Positions 35,380 to 47,559 of a DNA stretch of 64,000 nucleotides are shown piece after piece. Position numbers and translations under genes: made by a program. Position 1 is the first letter of the stretch. Every line of letters begins with the position of its first letter. The notes below the pieces were generated by a model. The model ran no database searches, was not told where the DNA came from, and saw only the letters and a list, made by a program, of their open reading frames with translations. The stretch is from NCBI RefSeq assembly GCF_044704955.1, contig NC_091980.1, positions 273,730,001 to 273,794,000 on the forward strand. The letters run 5' to 3'. The stretch comes from Pristiophorus japonicus (Eukaryota).

Positions 35380-37700
35380 ATCTCCTCCAACGATGCCACT
35401 CACCATGTCCGTGACTCTGCCCCTGCCTGTGATTGCGACCATGTTTTTTTCAAGGGGGAGAGGCTGTGCAAATGGGCTCAGTCTCCTCCAGCGACAGTCA
35501 TTTGTCTGAAGTTTCACACAATGTTCTTCAGCAAAAAAGAGAGGAGTGTGTTAGTGGCACTCTAATGAGGTGTTTAGAGAATGTGCCTATCAAGGTAGAA
35601 TAGCTGGTATGCAGTGTGTCAGATGTGAGTTGTAGGGAAGTGAGTGTTGTAATAGTGGTGAGTGTGTGAGTGTGCAAAGAAAGAGTTTAAGTGAAGTGTG
35701 ATACAGTAGGAGAGTAAAGGGAAGCCAGTGAGGGGCAGACTGTGAGTAGTGAGGCTGGCGGTGGTAGAGTGTGAACAGAGAGTAAAAGAGTTACCTTGAT
35801 AACTCTCCTGAGGTCAATGAACTTTTACCAGAATTGCAGCCCTATCCTCGGAGCTAAGCTCCTGGAATTCACTTGCTCTGCCACCTCTTCCCAGTGGCGT
35901 TGGAGTTGATACTTAGAGGGTTATCTGCCCATTGGGGATAGATGATATCTCTCCTCCTGTGCAATGCCCAGACCAACATCGGTGAACCTGGGGGTGGAAT
36001 CTGCAGGTCTCGCAGCCACTTCTCTGCTTCCAAGTGTATCCTTCCTTCTGCAACCGTAGTGCACCTCCCCCCTTTAAAAGGTGCCGGCTGCCTTTATGTA
36101 GCATCAGAGAGGCCAGATATCCAACCCCCTGAACAGGCGTGCAGCCAATGAATAATGCGGGTAGCCTGATTCATGATAATCAGCAGTCAAAGTTATAGCC
36201 AGGCAGGAGCCAAGCAGGGTTCAGCCTGGCTGCAATTCAAAGTGCAGCAATCAATCTTAAGCCAGTATTACTCCGTAAAACTGTTGCCAAGACCAACTAT
36301 ACCAATAAATAGCTCAGTATGTTAAATCCATGTCTATTAATGTTCAGTTTTTTTTTACTTTGCAGCTACTATGTTTAACTATTTCACAAACATAACATGT
36401 CTTCTTATAGTAATGTCATGAAAAATATTAATCGGGATGCATTTCAAAACTGACAACCCCGCTGCTTTTTACCACAGGCAAATGAAAGGCTTTAGAAGTC
36501 CCAAAGTACTTCCCGATCTTCGGGTGTAAGTTAAAGTTAAGCAGAAGGCAGCTCCAGTAGGCCACAGGCTTGTTGAATTTAGGATTTTTCAGTTGAGTGT
36601 GACAATTTTTCAAACAAGATTTTTGTTGGATTTTAATTTGCTTGTTGGGAGCTTTTTTATAATGGATTTTGCTTAACTTTTTTTTATTTAAGTTTTTCTG
36701 TTGAATTTTAATTAGTTTGCTGCTGCACTCTGGGCAAGTTACACTGAAGGGGAGTTGCTGCCAGGATCACCTGATCAAGGCAGGAGGGAGGAGCTTGTGA
36801 ATTTAACCAGAGTCTGGAGAGTTTAAGCACTGGTTGCTACAGTTCAGAAGGGCTTTTTTGAAGCTGTTTACTTGAATTTATCATTACAAAGACCTGCACT
36901 TGCTTCTGACTGCCTCTCACAGGGGATTTTCACCCCTCCCTGCTACACACAGACAGGGCATCTCAGGAGCCAGAAAGGAATTTCTAATAGGCATACAACT
37001 CTATGCCATTATCATGGAGGAGGAGGAGCAACATAGGATTTTTTAAAATTTTTGATTCATTCATGGGATGTGGGCTTTGCTGGCAAGGCCAGCATTTATT
37101 GCCCATTCCTAATTGGTCTTGAGAAGGTGGTGGTGAGCTGCCTTCTTGAACCGCTGCAGTCCATGAGGTGAAGGTACACCCAGACTGCTGCAGCTATGGT
37201 GAGTCAGGCAGCCCGCCAGATACTAACCTCCCACCCCCACTTGCATCCCCAATAGATTATACAGGCAGCAAAGGTGACATCAAGACCTCTCTGAGGAGCT
37301 CGGCATAAAAAGAGTGCACTTAACCAAAGAGAGAATCGCACATCTATGTGATCTATTGCAGAAAGATCAGCAGCCACACTATCTGCCTGCATTGTGCTCT
37401 CAGAGACTATGGAATTGACCACCAAGCATAGCCTTTATGGCACAGGGTCATTTCAGGCAAGCACAGGGAGATCTTTGCAACAGCAGCCAGGGAGCAGCTG
37501 GGCATGCATTTTTCATGCTCTTTACACAAGACCAGCCCAATTCATAAGCTTTGGAATTACAGCAAGGCAGCAAGAGAGATAGAGCCATGGAGAGCAATGG
37601 GATTGCTGGATTTCCTGAAGTCCAGGGTGCAATCGATGGCACCCATGTTACACTGAGTGTACTCACAGAACACCCTATGTGTAGGCTATGTAAACAGGAA
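35380..37700. mobile_element. Ancient bipartite Harbinger: spliced Myb/SANT ORF (-) head-to-head with transposase (+)
   Basis: Minus 35795-35995 PRFTD..RRRDIIYP..HWEEVAEQVNSRS..KFIDLRR|gtaac, with a second exon at ~35380-35530. Plus 37290-37660 LTKERIAHLCDLLQKD..LYGTGSFQ..AGFPEVQGAIDGTHV. Confidence 0.75.
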
Positions 37701-37811
37701 GCACGTGATAGCAATCAGGACTAAGCCAGAAGTTGCATGATGCCTTCATGCTTTGTCATTGGATCCTCCCTGACCTCTGAGTGAAGAGAAGCAAGTCAAC
37801 AGATAGCATAC

Positions 37812-38377
37812 ATAAGATTACATAGGATTACACAGGAGATACGGCAGAGAAATAGGCTATTCGGCCCAACCAGTCCATGCCGACGTTTACGCTCCACTCG
37901 AGCCTCCTCGCGTCATTCCTCATCTAAATCTATCAGCATAACCCTCCATTCCCTTCTCCCTCACATGCTTGTCTAGGCTCCCTTTAAATGCATCTATACT
38001 ATTCACTTCAACCACTCCCTGTGGCAGCGAGTTCCACATTCTCACCACTCTCTGGGTAAAGAAGTTCCTTCTGAATTCCCTATTGGATTTCTTGGTGACT
38101 ATCTTATATTGATGGCCTCTAGTTATGCTCGTCCTCAAAAGTGGAAACATTCTCTCTCTATCCACTCGATCAAAACCTTTCCTAATTTTAAAGACCCCTA
38201 TTAGATAACCCCTCAGCCATTTTTTTCAAGAGAAAAGGGACCCAGTCTGTTCATCCTTTCTGATATGTATACCCTCACATTTCTGGTATCATCCTTGTAA
38301 ATCTTCTCTGCACCCTCTCCAGGGCCTCTATATCCTTCTTGTAATATGGCGACCAGAACTGTATGCAGTACTCTAAG
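37812..38377 (-). mobile_element. CR1 3' fragment
   Basis: DRERMFPL..TRGHQYK..NFFTQRVVRMWNSLP. Confidence 0.85.
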
Positions 38378-38724
38378 GGCTGGATTTTTGGGTCTTCTGC
38401 TGTCTGGTTTTCGCCCCAGAGCGGCGGCAATGGCAGCAATGAGGTGCTTTGGCCAGGCAGTCAGCCTTCAGCGCCCCGCAGTGATCCTCGGGTCCGGTTT
38501 AGCACCACCCGGAAAAACTGCGCCCGGTGTGCAACGCCCCTGGTTGCGACACCGACGTAAGTTTAAACTTCAGCCCGACTCGTACGTCTCGCACTGATCG
38601 CCTGAGAAATCAAGCAGTCCAACGAGCCTGACAGCAAAGAGGTAGGTAATGGATTCCTAGGGTGCTGAAATTGCCCTTCCCGATAAGGCCTCTGGCCATC
38701 TGAAAGCGGTTGTCACAGGGCGGC

Positions 38725-41402
38725 GCGGACACCACAGTCACACTGCAGAAGGCCATCTCTGTGAGCCAGGCATTCACGACCTCGACCTGCTGTTCTAGGC
38801 AGATGATTCACCCTCAGGACTCAAACCCGGCAGGTACTGTGCATCGAGTGGCGTCTTTTAGAGGCTGGACTGTAGAACGCGAACCCTCTCAGAGGAGAGA
38901 GAACACGCCCCCGAGTCCCTTAACTCAGAGTCCGCCAAGGGGGGCTAACCAAGTAGCTCCATGCTGGCATTGTGGAGGGAATCACAGGGCTCACCAGTGC
39001 CGCTTTAACGACTACGTATGCAAAGGCTGCAGCACAAAGGGCCACCTCCAGCGAATGTGTAAGAGAAATATGACTCACTGTGTCGATGAAGAGTCTGCAG
39101 ATGGCCTTGAATCCAGCGCGGAAATACGAACCGATAGGCAGACAGGCAGCTCAGCCCCACGATGAGGTAGATAGCATGTTTACCTGCACCACCAAGTGTT
39201 CCCCATTGAGGATGGAAGTCGAGATAGATGGCGTTCCAGTCTTCATGGAAGTGGACACAGGGGCGAACCAGTCAGTAATGAATCAAGAAGCCTTTGAGAG
39301 GCTATGGGACAATCAAGTTGAATGACCCAAGTTGGTCCTGGTTCAGGCAAAGCTGCGTACCTACACCAATGAACTTATCCCAGTCGTTGGTAGTGCGAAT
39401 ATAAAGGTACTCCATGATGGCGCGGTACACAAGTTACCTCTGTGGATTTTTGCAGGTGATGGACCAACACTGCTCGGCAGAAGGTGGATGGAGAAGATCC
39501 ATTGGAAGTGGGAAGACTTCACCTCTCCAGCGATCGACGTCCCCCATGCTCAGAGGCAAAGCAAGCCCTCACCTAAGGTTGGATCCGGCACTAGAGAGCA
39601 GACCAGCACAGAATCCGAGGCACAGACCATCCAGCACGACTGCGTGGAGATGATCCAGCTGAGACGACCCGAACGCACCTTCCAGGCTCCAGTGGCAGGA
39701 CTCTGGAGGAAGAAAATCGGATCGAAAGTCGACTTCCCAGTTTCAGTAGCAGAACCCGGGGAGAAGAGGATCACCGCAGTCGACATCGTGGATGAAGGAA
39801 AGATGGCGCCCAAACCACGAGGTGATGCACTGAAGAAAAAGATGGCGGCGGCCAGACCACGAGGTGCAGCGCTGATGGAGCAACACGTGGCACCAAACAG
39901 AGAAGAGGATTGGGGTAAAGAAAGCAAGGCTCTCTTAAAGGAGGCTTGCAACCCACTACAATTAAAGGGACAGTTCCATACACTCAAACAATGTGATAGC
40001 AACTGTAAGTTAGAGATAAAATGTGTAACTGATGATCAGAGTTGTGTACATGCAATAAGCAAGGAAAAGTCACGCGATCATGTAAAATGTGTAATTGATG
40101 ATCAAAATTATGTATATGCAACCAGCGAGGAAAAGTCGCGCGATTGCGATCGGAGCTACAGAATATCCATCATAAGTAATGAAAAGTTGTGCGATGTAGG
40201 ATTTCAACTGCACACAGCCCATGCAGCGGGCAGACACCCATCGGGAGCACACAGGTCCAGTGAGCTACCCAATGCTGTAGCCTGCGTCACTGGGACCAGA
40301 GTTATGCACCATGGAGTGTGGCCACAAGCAGCCAATACACACGAGCTGCAGAGCAAGCGATCTCAGGAGGGCAACGGCACCGGTATCGATACCTTGCCCC
40401 TGATTAGCTCCAACTCTCAGGCACCCAATGGTACCAACCACCACGAGCTTGAAAGAGCAAACTGTGCCAAGGCACAGCCCCCAGACCCCATCACCACCGA
40501 GGCCATACCCGGAAACGAAGGGTCACCCGCTATAGTCCCCCCAAAGGGGACCGGGACCAGCCAGGATCCCAGACCAAACAACGCACAGGTCAGTGAGTCA
40601 GCAGTTCCCTGTGCACTGCTAAACGACAGCTCCTCAGGGAGCAGCAGCAACCCAGGGCGCAAAGAAAGGACAGGGAGGTCACAGGCATCTGTGAAACCGC
40701 CCGACGCCAGGAACCATGGCAACAGCCCCAAAAGCAGGCAACTTGAGCCAACTGGGTTCCCACTGCCAGCACTGGGCACCGCGCCGCCACCAGACTGCTG
40801 GGACACCATCCAGCAGTTCTGGAACTAGTTTGCCCTTATGCACCGGTCACCGCATCGATAATGCACCTCACCAGTCTATCGTACTTGTCTCACAACGGAA
40901 CCACAAATGCAATGCAAACTGGTTTCCCTGAACTTGAATGTATATGAATGCAATGAGCCTCCGGCATAATCTATATGTGGGGGTGGGGGGGAGAATGGAG
41001 TGGTCAGGGACACACACAAACAGCAACCACCAGCACTCGACTGCACCAACCACTCACCCAAGATTGAAACGACCTGCCAAGAGTCAACCAGATAGAGCCC
41101 ATATTGAGCTAAGCCCAGAGCACAGTCAATGCAGAGACGATTTGCACTAAAGGCTTAGGGGAGAGTGATGTCATGTATCCTACATGGCTACTGTTGGTAC
41201 TATCACAAGATGTGCCACCAGAGGGCACAGCAGTGGGAGACTCGTAGGTTACCTGTACAGATGTGCCTGGCCTAGTGTAAAAGGCAGGCCACCAGGTGTG
41301 ATCCTCACTCTGGAGTTAACTAATAAAGGACTAAGGTCACTACAGTTCAAGTACAACACATTGCCTCGCAGAGTCATAATTAGAGCATCGAAGAACATAA
41401 CA
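38725..41402 (+). mobile_element. Gypsy-derived LTR element: gag C-half, protease, long unknown ORF extension, PPT, 3'LTR; no RT/RH/IN
   Basis: Zn knuckles CWHCGGNHRAHQC / CKGCSTKGHLQRMC; MEVDTGA; LLGRRW; ORF 39332-40828; PPT aggggagag ~41157; LTR TG..CA 41169-41402 with AATAAA. Confidence 0.85.
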
Positions 41403-41417
41403 GTTAGAATCTCTCTT

Positions 41418-43365
41418 AGAAACATAGAAACATAGAAAATAGGTGCAGGAACAGGCCATTCAGCCCTTCTAGCCTGCACCGCCATTCAATGAGTTCATGG
41501 CTGAACTGAAACTTCAGTACCCCCTTCCTGCTTTCTCGCCATACCCCTTGATCCCCCGAGTAGTAAGGACTTCATCTAACTCCATTTTGAATATATTTAG
41601 TGAATTGGCCCCAACTACTTTCTGTGGTAGAGAATTCCACAGGTTCACCACTCTCTGGATGAAGAAGTTTCTCCTCATCTCGGTCCTAAATGGCTTACCC
41701 CTTATCCTTAGACTGTGACCCCTGGTTCTGGACTTCCCCAACATTGGGAACATTCTTCCTGCATCTAACCTGTCCAAACCCGTCAGAATTTTAAACGTTT
41801 CTATGAGGTCCCCTCTCATTCTTCTGAACTCCAGTGAATACAAGCCCAGTTGATCCAGTCTTTCTTGATAGGTCAGTCCCACCATCCCGGGAATCAGTCT
41901 GGTGAATCTTCGCTGCACTCCCTCAATAGCAAGAATGTCCTTCCTCAAGTTAGGAGACCAAAATTGTACACAATACTCCAGGTGTGGCCTCACCAAGGCC
42001 CTGTACAACTGTAGCAACACCTCCCTGCCCCTGTACTCAAATCCCCTCGCTATGAAGGCCAACATGCCATTTGCTTTCTTAACCGCCTGCTGTACCTGCA
42101 TGCCAACCTTCAATGACTGATGTACCATGACACCCAGGTCTCGTTGCACCTTCCCTTTTCCTAATCTGTCACCATTCAGATAATAGTCTGTCTCTCTGTT
42201 TTTACCACCAAAGTGGATAACCTCACATTTATCCACATTATACTTCATCTGCCATGCATTTGCCCACTCACCTAACCTATCCAAGTCACTCTGCAGCCTC
42301 ATAGCATCCTCCTCGCAGCTCACACTGCCACCCAACTTAGTGTCATCCGCAAATTTGGAGATACTACATTTAATCCCCTCATCTAAATCATTAATGTACA
42401 ATGTAAACAGTTGGGGCCCCAGCACAGAACCTTGCGGTACCCCACTTGTCACTGCCTGCCATTCTGAAAAGTACCCATTTACTCCTACTCTTTGCTTCCT
42501 GTCTGACAACCAGTTCTCAATCCACGTCAGCACACTACCCCCAATCCCATGTGCTTTAACTTTGCACATTAATCTCTTGTGTGGGACCTTGTCGAAAGCC
42601 TTCTGAAAGTCCAAATATACCACATCAACTGGTTCTCCCTTGTCCACTTTACTGGAAACATCCTCAAAAAATTCCAGAAGATTTGTCAAGCATGATTTCC
42701 CTTTCATAAATCCATGCTGACTTGGACCTATCATGTCACCATTTTCCAAATGCGCTGCTATGACATCCTTAATAATTGATTCCATCATTTTACTCACTAC
42801 TGAGGTCAGGCTGACTGGTCTATAATTCCCTGTTTTCTCTCTCCCTCCTTTTTTAAAAAGTGGTGTTACATTGGCTACCCTCCACTCGATAGGAACTGAT
42901 CCAGAGTCAATGGAATGTTGGAAAATGACTGTCAATGCATCCGCTATTTCCAAGGCCACCTCCTTAAGTACTCTGGGATGCAGTCCATCAGGCCCTGGGG
43001 ATTTATCGGCCTTCAATCCCATCAATTTCCCCAACACAATTTCCCGACTAATAAAGAATTCCCTCAGTTCCTCCTCCTTACTAGACCGTCTGACCCCTTT
43101 TATATCCGGAAGGTTGTTTGTGTCCTCCTTAGTGAATACCGAACCAAAGTGCTTGTTCAATTGGTCTGCCATTTCTTTGTTCCCCGTTATGACTTCCCCT
43201 GATTCTGACTGCAGGGGACCTACGTTTGTCTTTACTAACCTTTTTCTCTTTACATACCTATAGAAACTTTTGCAATCCGCCTTAATGTTCCCTGCAAGCT
43301 TCTTCTCGTACTCCATTTTCCCTGCCCTAATCAAACCCTTTGTCCTCCTCTGCTGAGTTCTAAAT
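41418..43365 (-). mobile_element. Young 5'-truncated CR1 with intact RT, near-identical to 24535-25956
   Basis: Open RT from FRTQQRR to the stop at 41514; (AGAAACAT)n tail; inserted in an older LINE (ISNK|R.SN continuity at 41403-41417). Confidence 0.95.
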
Positions 43366-44170
43366 TTGTTGGAGATAGTCATTGCCTGACACTTGTGTGG
43401 TGCAAATGTTACTTGCCACTTATCAGCCCAAACCTGAATGTTGTCCAGGTCTTGCTGCATGCAGACATGGACTGCTTCATTATCTGAGGAGTTGTGAATG
43501 GAACTGAACACTGTGCAGTCATCAGCGATCATCCCCACTTCTGACCTTATGATGGAGGGAACGTCATTGATGAAGCAGCTGAAGATGATTGGGCCCAGGA
43601 CACTGCCCTGAGGAACTCCTGCATCAATGTCCTGGGGCTGAGGTGATTGGCCTCCAACAACCACAATCATCTTCCTTTGTGCTAATTATGACTCCAGCCA
43701 GTGGAGAGTTTTTCCCTTGATTCCCATTGACTTCAGTTTTACTATGGCTCTTTGATGCCACACATGGTCAAATGTTGACTTGATGTCAAGGGCAGTCACT
43801 CTCACCTCACCTCTAGAATTCAGCTCTTTTGTCCATGTTTGGACCTCGGCTACAATGAGGTCTGGAGCCGAGTGGTCCTGGCAGAACCCAAACTGAGCAT
43901 TGGTGAGCAGGTTATTGATAAATAAGTGCCGCTTGATAGCACTGTCGAAGACACCTTCCATCACTTTGCAGATGGTTGCGAGTAGACTGATGGGGCAGTA
44001 ATTGACCGGATTGTATTTATCCTGCTTTTTGTGGACAGGACATACCTGGGCAGTTTTCCACATTGTCGGGTAGATGTCAGTGGTGTAGCTGTACTGGAAC
44101 AGCTTGGCTAGAGGCATGGCTAGTTCTGGAGCACGTCTTCAGCACGACAGCTGGGATGTTGTCGGGGCCC
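43366..44170 (-). mobile_element. Older LINE (CR1/L2-group, distinct family) RT fragment; further pieces at 41403-41417 and 47321-47520
   Basis: WKTAQVCPVHKK, PISLL, QFGF, ALDIKSTFD, GVPQGSVLGP, IADD. Confidence 0.85.
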
Positions 44171-44171
44171 A

Positions 44172-44445
44172 AGTGAGTGGACAAAGATTTGGCAGATGTA
44201 GTATAATGTTGGAAAGTGTGAGGTCATGCACATTGGCAGAAAAAATCTAAGAGCAAGTTATTATTTAAATGGAGAAAGATTGCAAACTGCCGCAGTACTT
44301 GTGCATGAAACGCAAAAGGATAGTATGCAGCTGCAGCAAGTGATCAGGAAGGCCAATGGTATCTTGGCCTTTATTGCAAAGCGGATGGAGTATAAAAGCA
44401 GGGAAGTCTTGCTATATAAGGTATTGGTAAGGCCACACCTGGAAT
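44172..44445 (+). mobile_element. Internal CR1 fragment
   Basis: YNVGKCEVMHIG..KANGILAFIAK..LVRPHLE. Confidence 0.75.
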
Positions 44446-47320
44446 AGAATCATAGAATCATAGAAAATAGGTGCAGGAGCAGGCCATTCGGCCCTTCGAG
44501 CCTGCACTGCCATTCAATATGATCATGACTGATCATGCAACTTCAGTACCCAATCCCGCCTTCTCTCCATAGCTCCCTGATCCTCTTAGCCGTAAGGGCC
44601 ACATCTAAATCCCTCTTGAATATATCCAATAAACCGGACTCAACAAATTTCTGTGGTAGAGAATTCCATACGTTCACTACTCTCTGGGTGAAAAAGTTTC
44701 TCCTCATCTCGGTCCTATATGGCTTACCCCTTATCCTTAGATTGCGACCCCTGGTTCTGGACTTCCCCACATCGGGAACATTCTTCCTGCATCTAATCTG
44801 TCTAATCCCGTCATAATTTTATATGTTTCCATGAGATCCTCTCTCATTCTTCTAAATTCCAGTGAATATAAGCCTAGCTGATCCAATCTTTCTTCATATG
44901 TCACTCCTGCCATCCCGGGAATTAGTCTGGTGAACCTTCGCTGCACTCCCTCAATAGCAAGCATGTCCTTCCTCAGATTAGGAGACCAAAACTGCACACA
45001 ATATTCAAGGTGTGGTCTCACCAAGGCCCTGCACAATTGCAGTAAGGCCTAGCTGCTCCTATACACAAATCCTCTCGCTATGAAGGCCAGCATGCCATTT
45101 GTTTTCTTTACTGTGGCTGTACCTGCATGCCTACCTTCAATAACTGATGTACCATGACACCCAGGTCTCATTGCACCTCCCCTTTTCCTAATCTGTCACC
45201 ATTCAGATAATAATCTGCGTTCCTGTTTTTACCATCAAAGTGGACAACCTCACATTTATCTGCATTATACTGCATCTGCCATGCATTTGCCCACTCAGCT
45301 AACCTGTCCAAGTCACTCTGAAGCCTCTTAGCATTGTCCTCACAGCTCACACTGCCACCCAGCTTAGTGTCATCTGCAAACTTGAAGATATTACTCCCAA
45401 TTCCTTTGTCCAAATCATTGATGTATATTGTAAATAGCTGGGATCCCAGCACTGAACCTTGCTGCACCCCATTAGTCACTGCCTGCCATTCTGAAAAGGA
45501 CCCATTTATTCCCACTCTTTGCTTCCTGTCTGCCAACCAGTTCTCTATCCACGTCAGTACATTACCCCCAATACTATGTGTCTTAATTTTACACACTAAT
45601 CTCTTGTGTGAGACCTTGTCAAAAGCCTTTTGTAAGTCCAAATACACCACATCCACTGGCTCTCCCTTATCCACTCTACTAGTTACATCCTCAAAAAACT
45701 CTAGAAGATTTGTCAAGCATGATTTCCCTTTCATAAATCCATGCTGACTTGGACCGATCTTGCCACTGCTTTCCAAATACGCTGCTATTACATCTTTAAT
45801 AAGTGATTCCAGCATTTTTCCCACCACCGATGTCAGGCTAACCAGTCTATAGTTCCCTGTTTTCTCTCTCCCTCCTTTTTTTAAAAGTGGGGTTACTATA
45901 GCAATCCTCCAATCCATAGGGACTGATCCATAATCCATGGAGTTTTGGAAAATGACCATCTACTATTTCTAAGGCCACTTCCTTAAGTACTCTGGGATGC
46001 AGACTATCAGGCCCTGGGGATTTATCGGCCTTCAGTCTCATCAGTTTCCCTAACACCATTTCCTGACTAATGAGGATTTCCCTCAGTTCCAACTTCTCGC
46101 TGGACCGTCGGTCCCCTAGTATTTTTGGGAAGTTATTCGTGTCTTCCTTAGTGAAGACAGAACCAAAGTATTTGTTCAATTGGTCTGCTATTTCCTTCTT
46201 CCCCATTATGAATTCACCTGATTCTGACTGCAAGGGACCTACATTAGTCTTCAGTAATCTTTTTCTCTTCACATATCTATAGAAGCTTTTGCAGTCAGTT
46301 TTTATGTTCCCTGCAAGCTTACTCTCATACTCTATTTTCCCCCTCCTAATTAAACCCTTAGTCCTCCTCTGCTGAATTCTAAATTTCTCCCAGTCCTCAG
46401 GTTTGCTGCTTTTTCTGGCCAATTTATGTGCCTCTTCCTTGGATTTAACACTATCCCTAATTTCCCTTGTTAGCCATGATTGAGCCACCTTTCCTGTTTT
46501 ATTTTTACTCCAGACAGGGATGTACAATAGTTGTAATTCATCCATGTGATCTTTAAATGTCTGCCATTGCTTATCCACCGTCAACCCTTTAACTATCATT
46601 CACCAATCTATCCTAGCCAAATCACGCCTCATACTATCGAAGTTTCCTTTCTTTAAGTTCAGGACCCTAGTCTCTGAATTAACTGTATCGCTCTCCATTT
46701 TAATGAAGAATTCTACCATATTATGGTCATTCTTCCCCAAGGGGCCATGCACGACCAGATTGCTAATTAATCCTCTCTCGTTACACAAGCCCCAGTCTAG
46801 GATGGCCTGTTCTCTAGTTGGTTTCTCGACATATTGGTCTAGAAAACCATCCCTTATACACTCCAGGAAATCCTCCTCCACTGTATTGCTACCAGTTTGG
46901 TTAGCCCAATCAATATGTAGATTAAAGTCACCCACGATAATTGCTGTACCCTTATTGCACGCGTCCCTAATTTCCTGTTTGATGCCATCCCCAACCTCCC
47001 TACTACTGTTTGGTGGTCTGTATACAACTCCCACTCACGTTTTCTGCCCTTTAATGTTTCACAGTTCTACCCATATAGATTCCACATCACTCAAGCTAAT
47101 GTCCTTCCTTACTATTGCGTTAACCTCCTCTTTAACCATTAATGATACTCCACCTCCTTTTCCTTCCTGTCTATCTTTCCTGAATATTGAATACCCCTTG
47201 AGTTCCCAGCCTTGGTTACCCTTAATCCATGTCTCCGTAATCCCAATTACATCATACCCGTTAACAGCTATCTGCACCTTATTAGGAATGCTCCTCGCAT
47301 TGAGACTCAGAGCCTTCAGG
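44446..47320 (-). mobile_element. CR1 LINE, ORF2 (EN+RT) nearly complete, frameshifted
   Basis: LNARSI, GITETW, VYRPPNS, NDHN, QHGFM, FADD; (tagaatca)n tail. Confidence 0.92.
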
Positions 47321-47559
47321 CACAACACGATGGAGGGTGTCCTCAGTGTGAATACAGGGCTTCGTCCCCACATGGACTGTGCAGTGGTCACTACTACCAA
47401 TGCTGTCTTGGACAGATGCATCTGCGACAGGTAGATTGGTGAATGAGGTCAAATAGATTTTTCCCTCATGTTGATTCTCTCACCAGCTGCCTTAGACCCA
47501 GTCTGGCAGCTATGTTCTTCAGATATAAGAGACTATGAAGAAAGTATATTTCCATGGAC

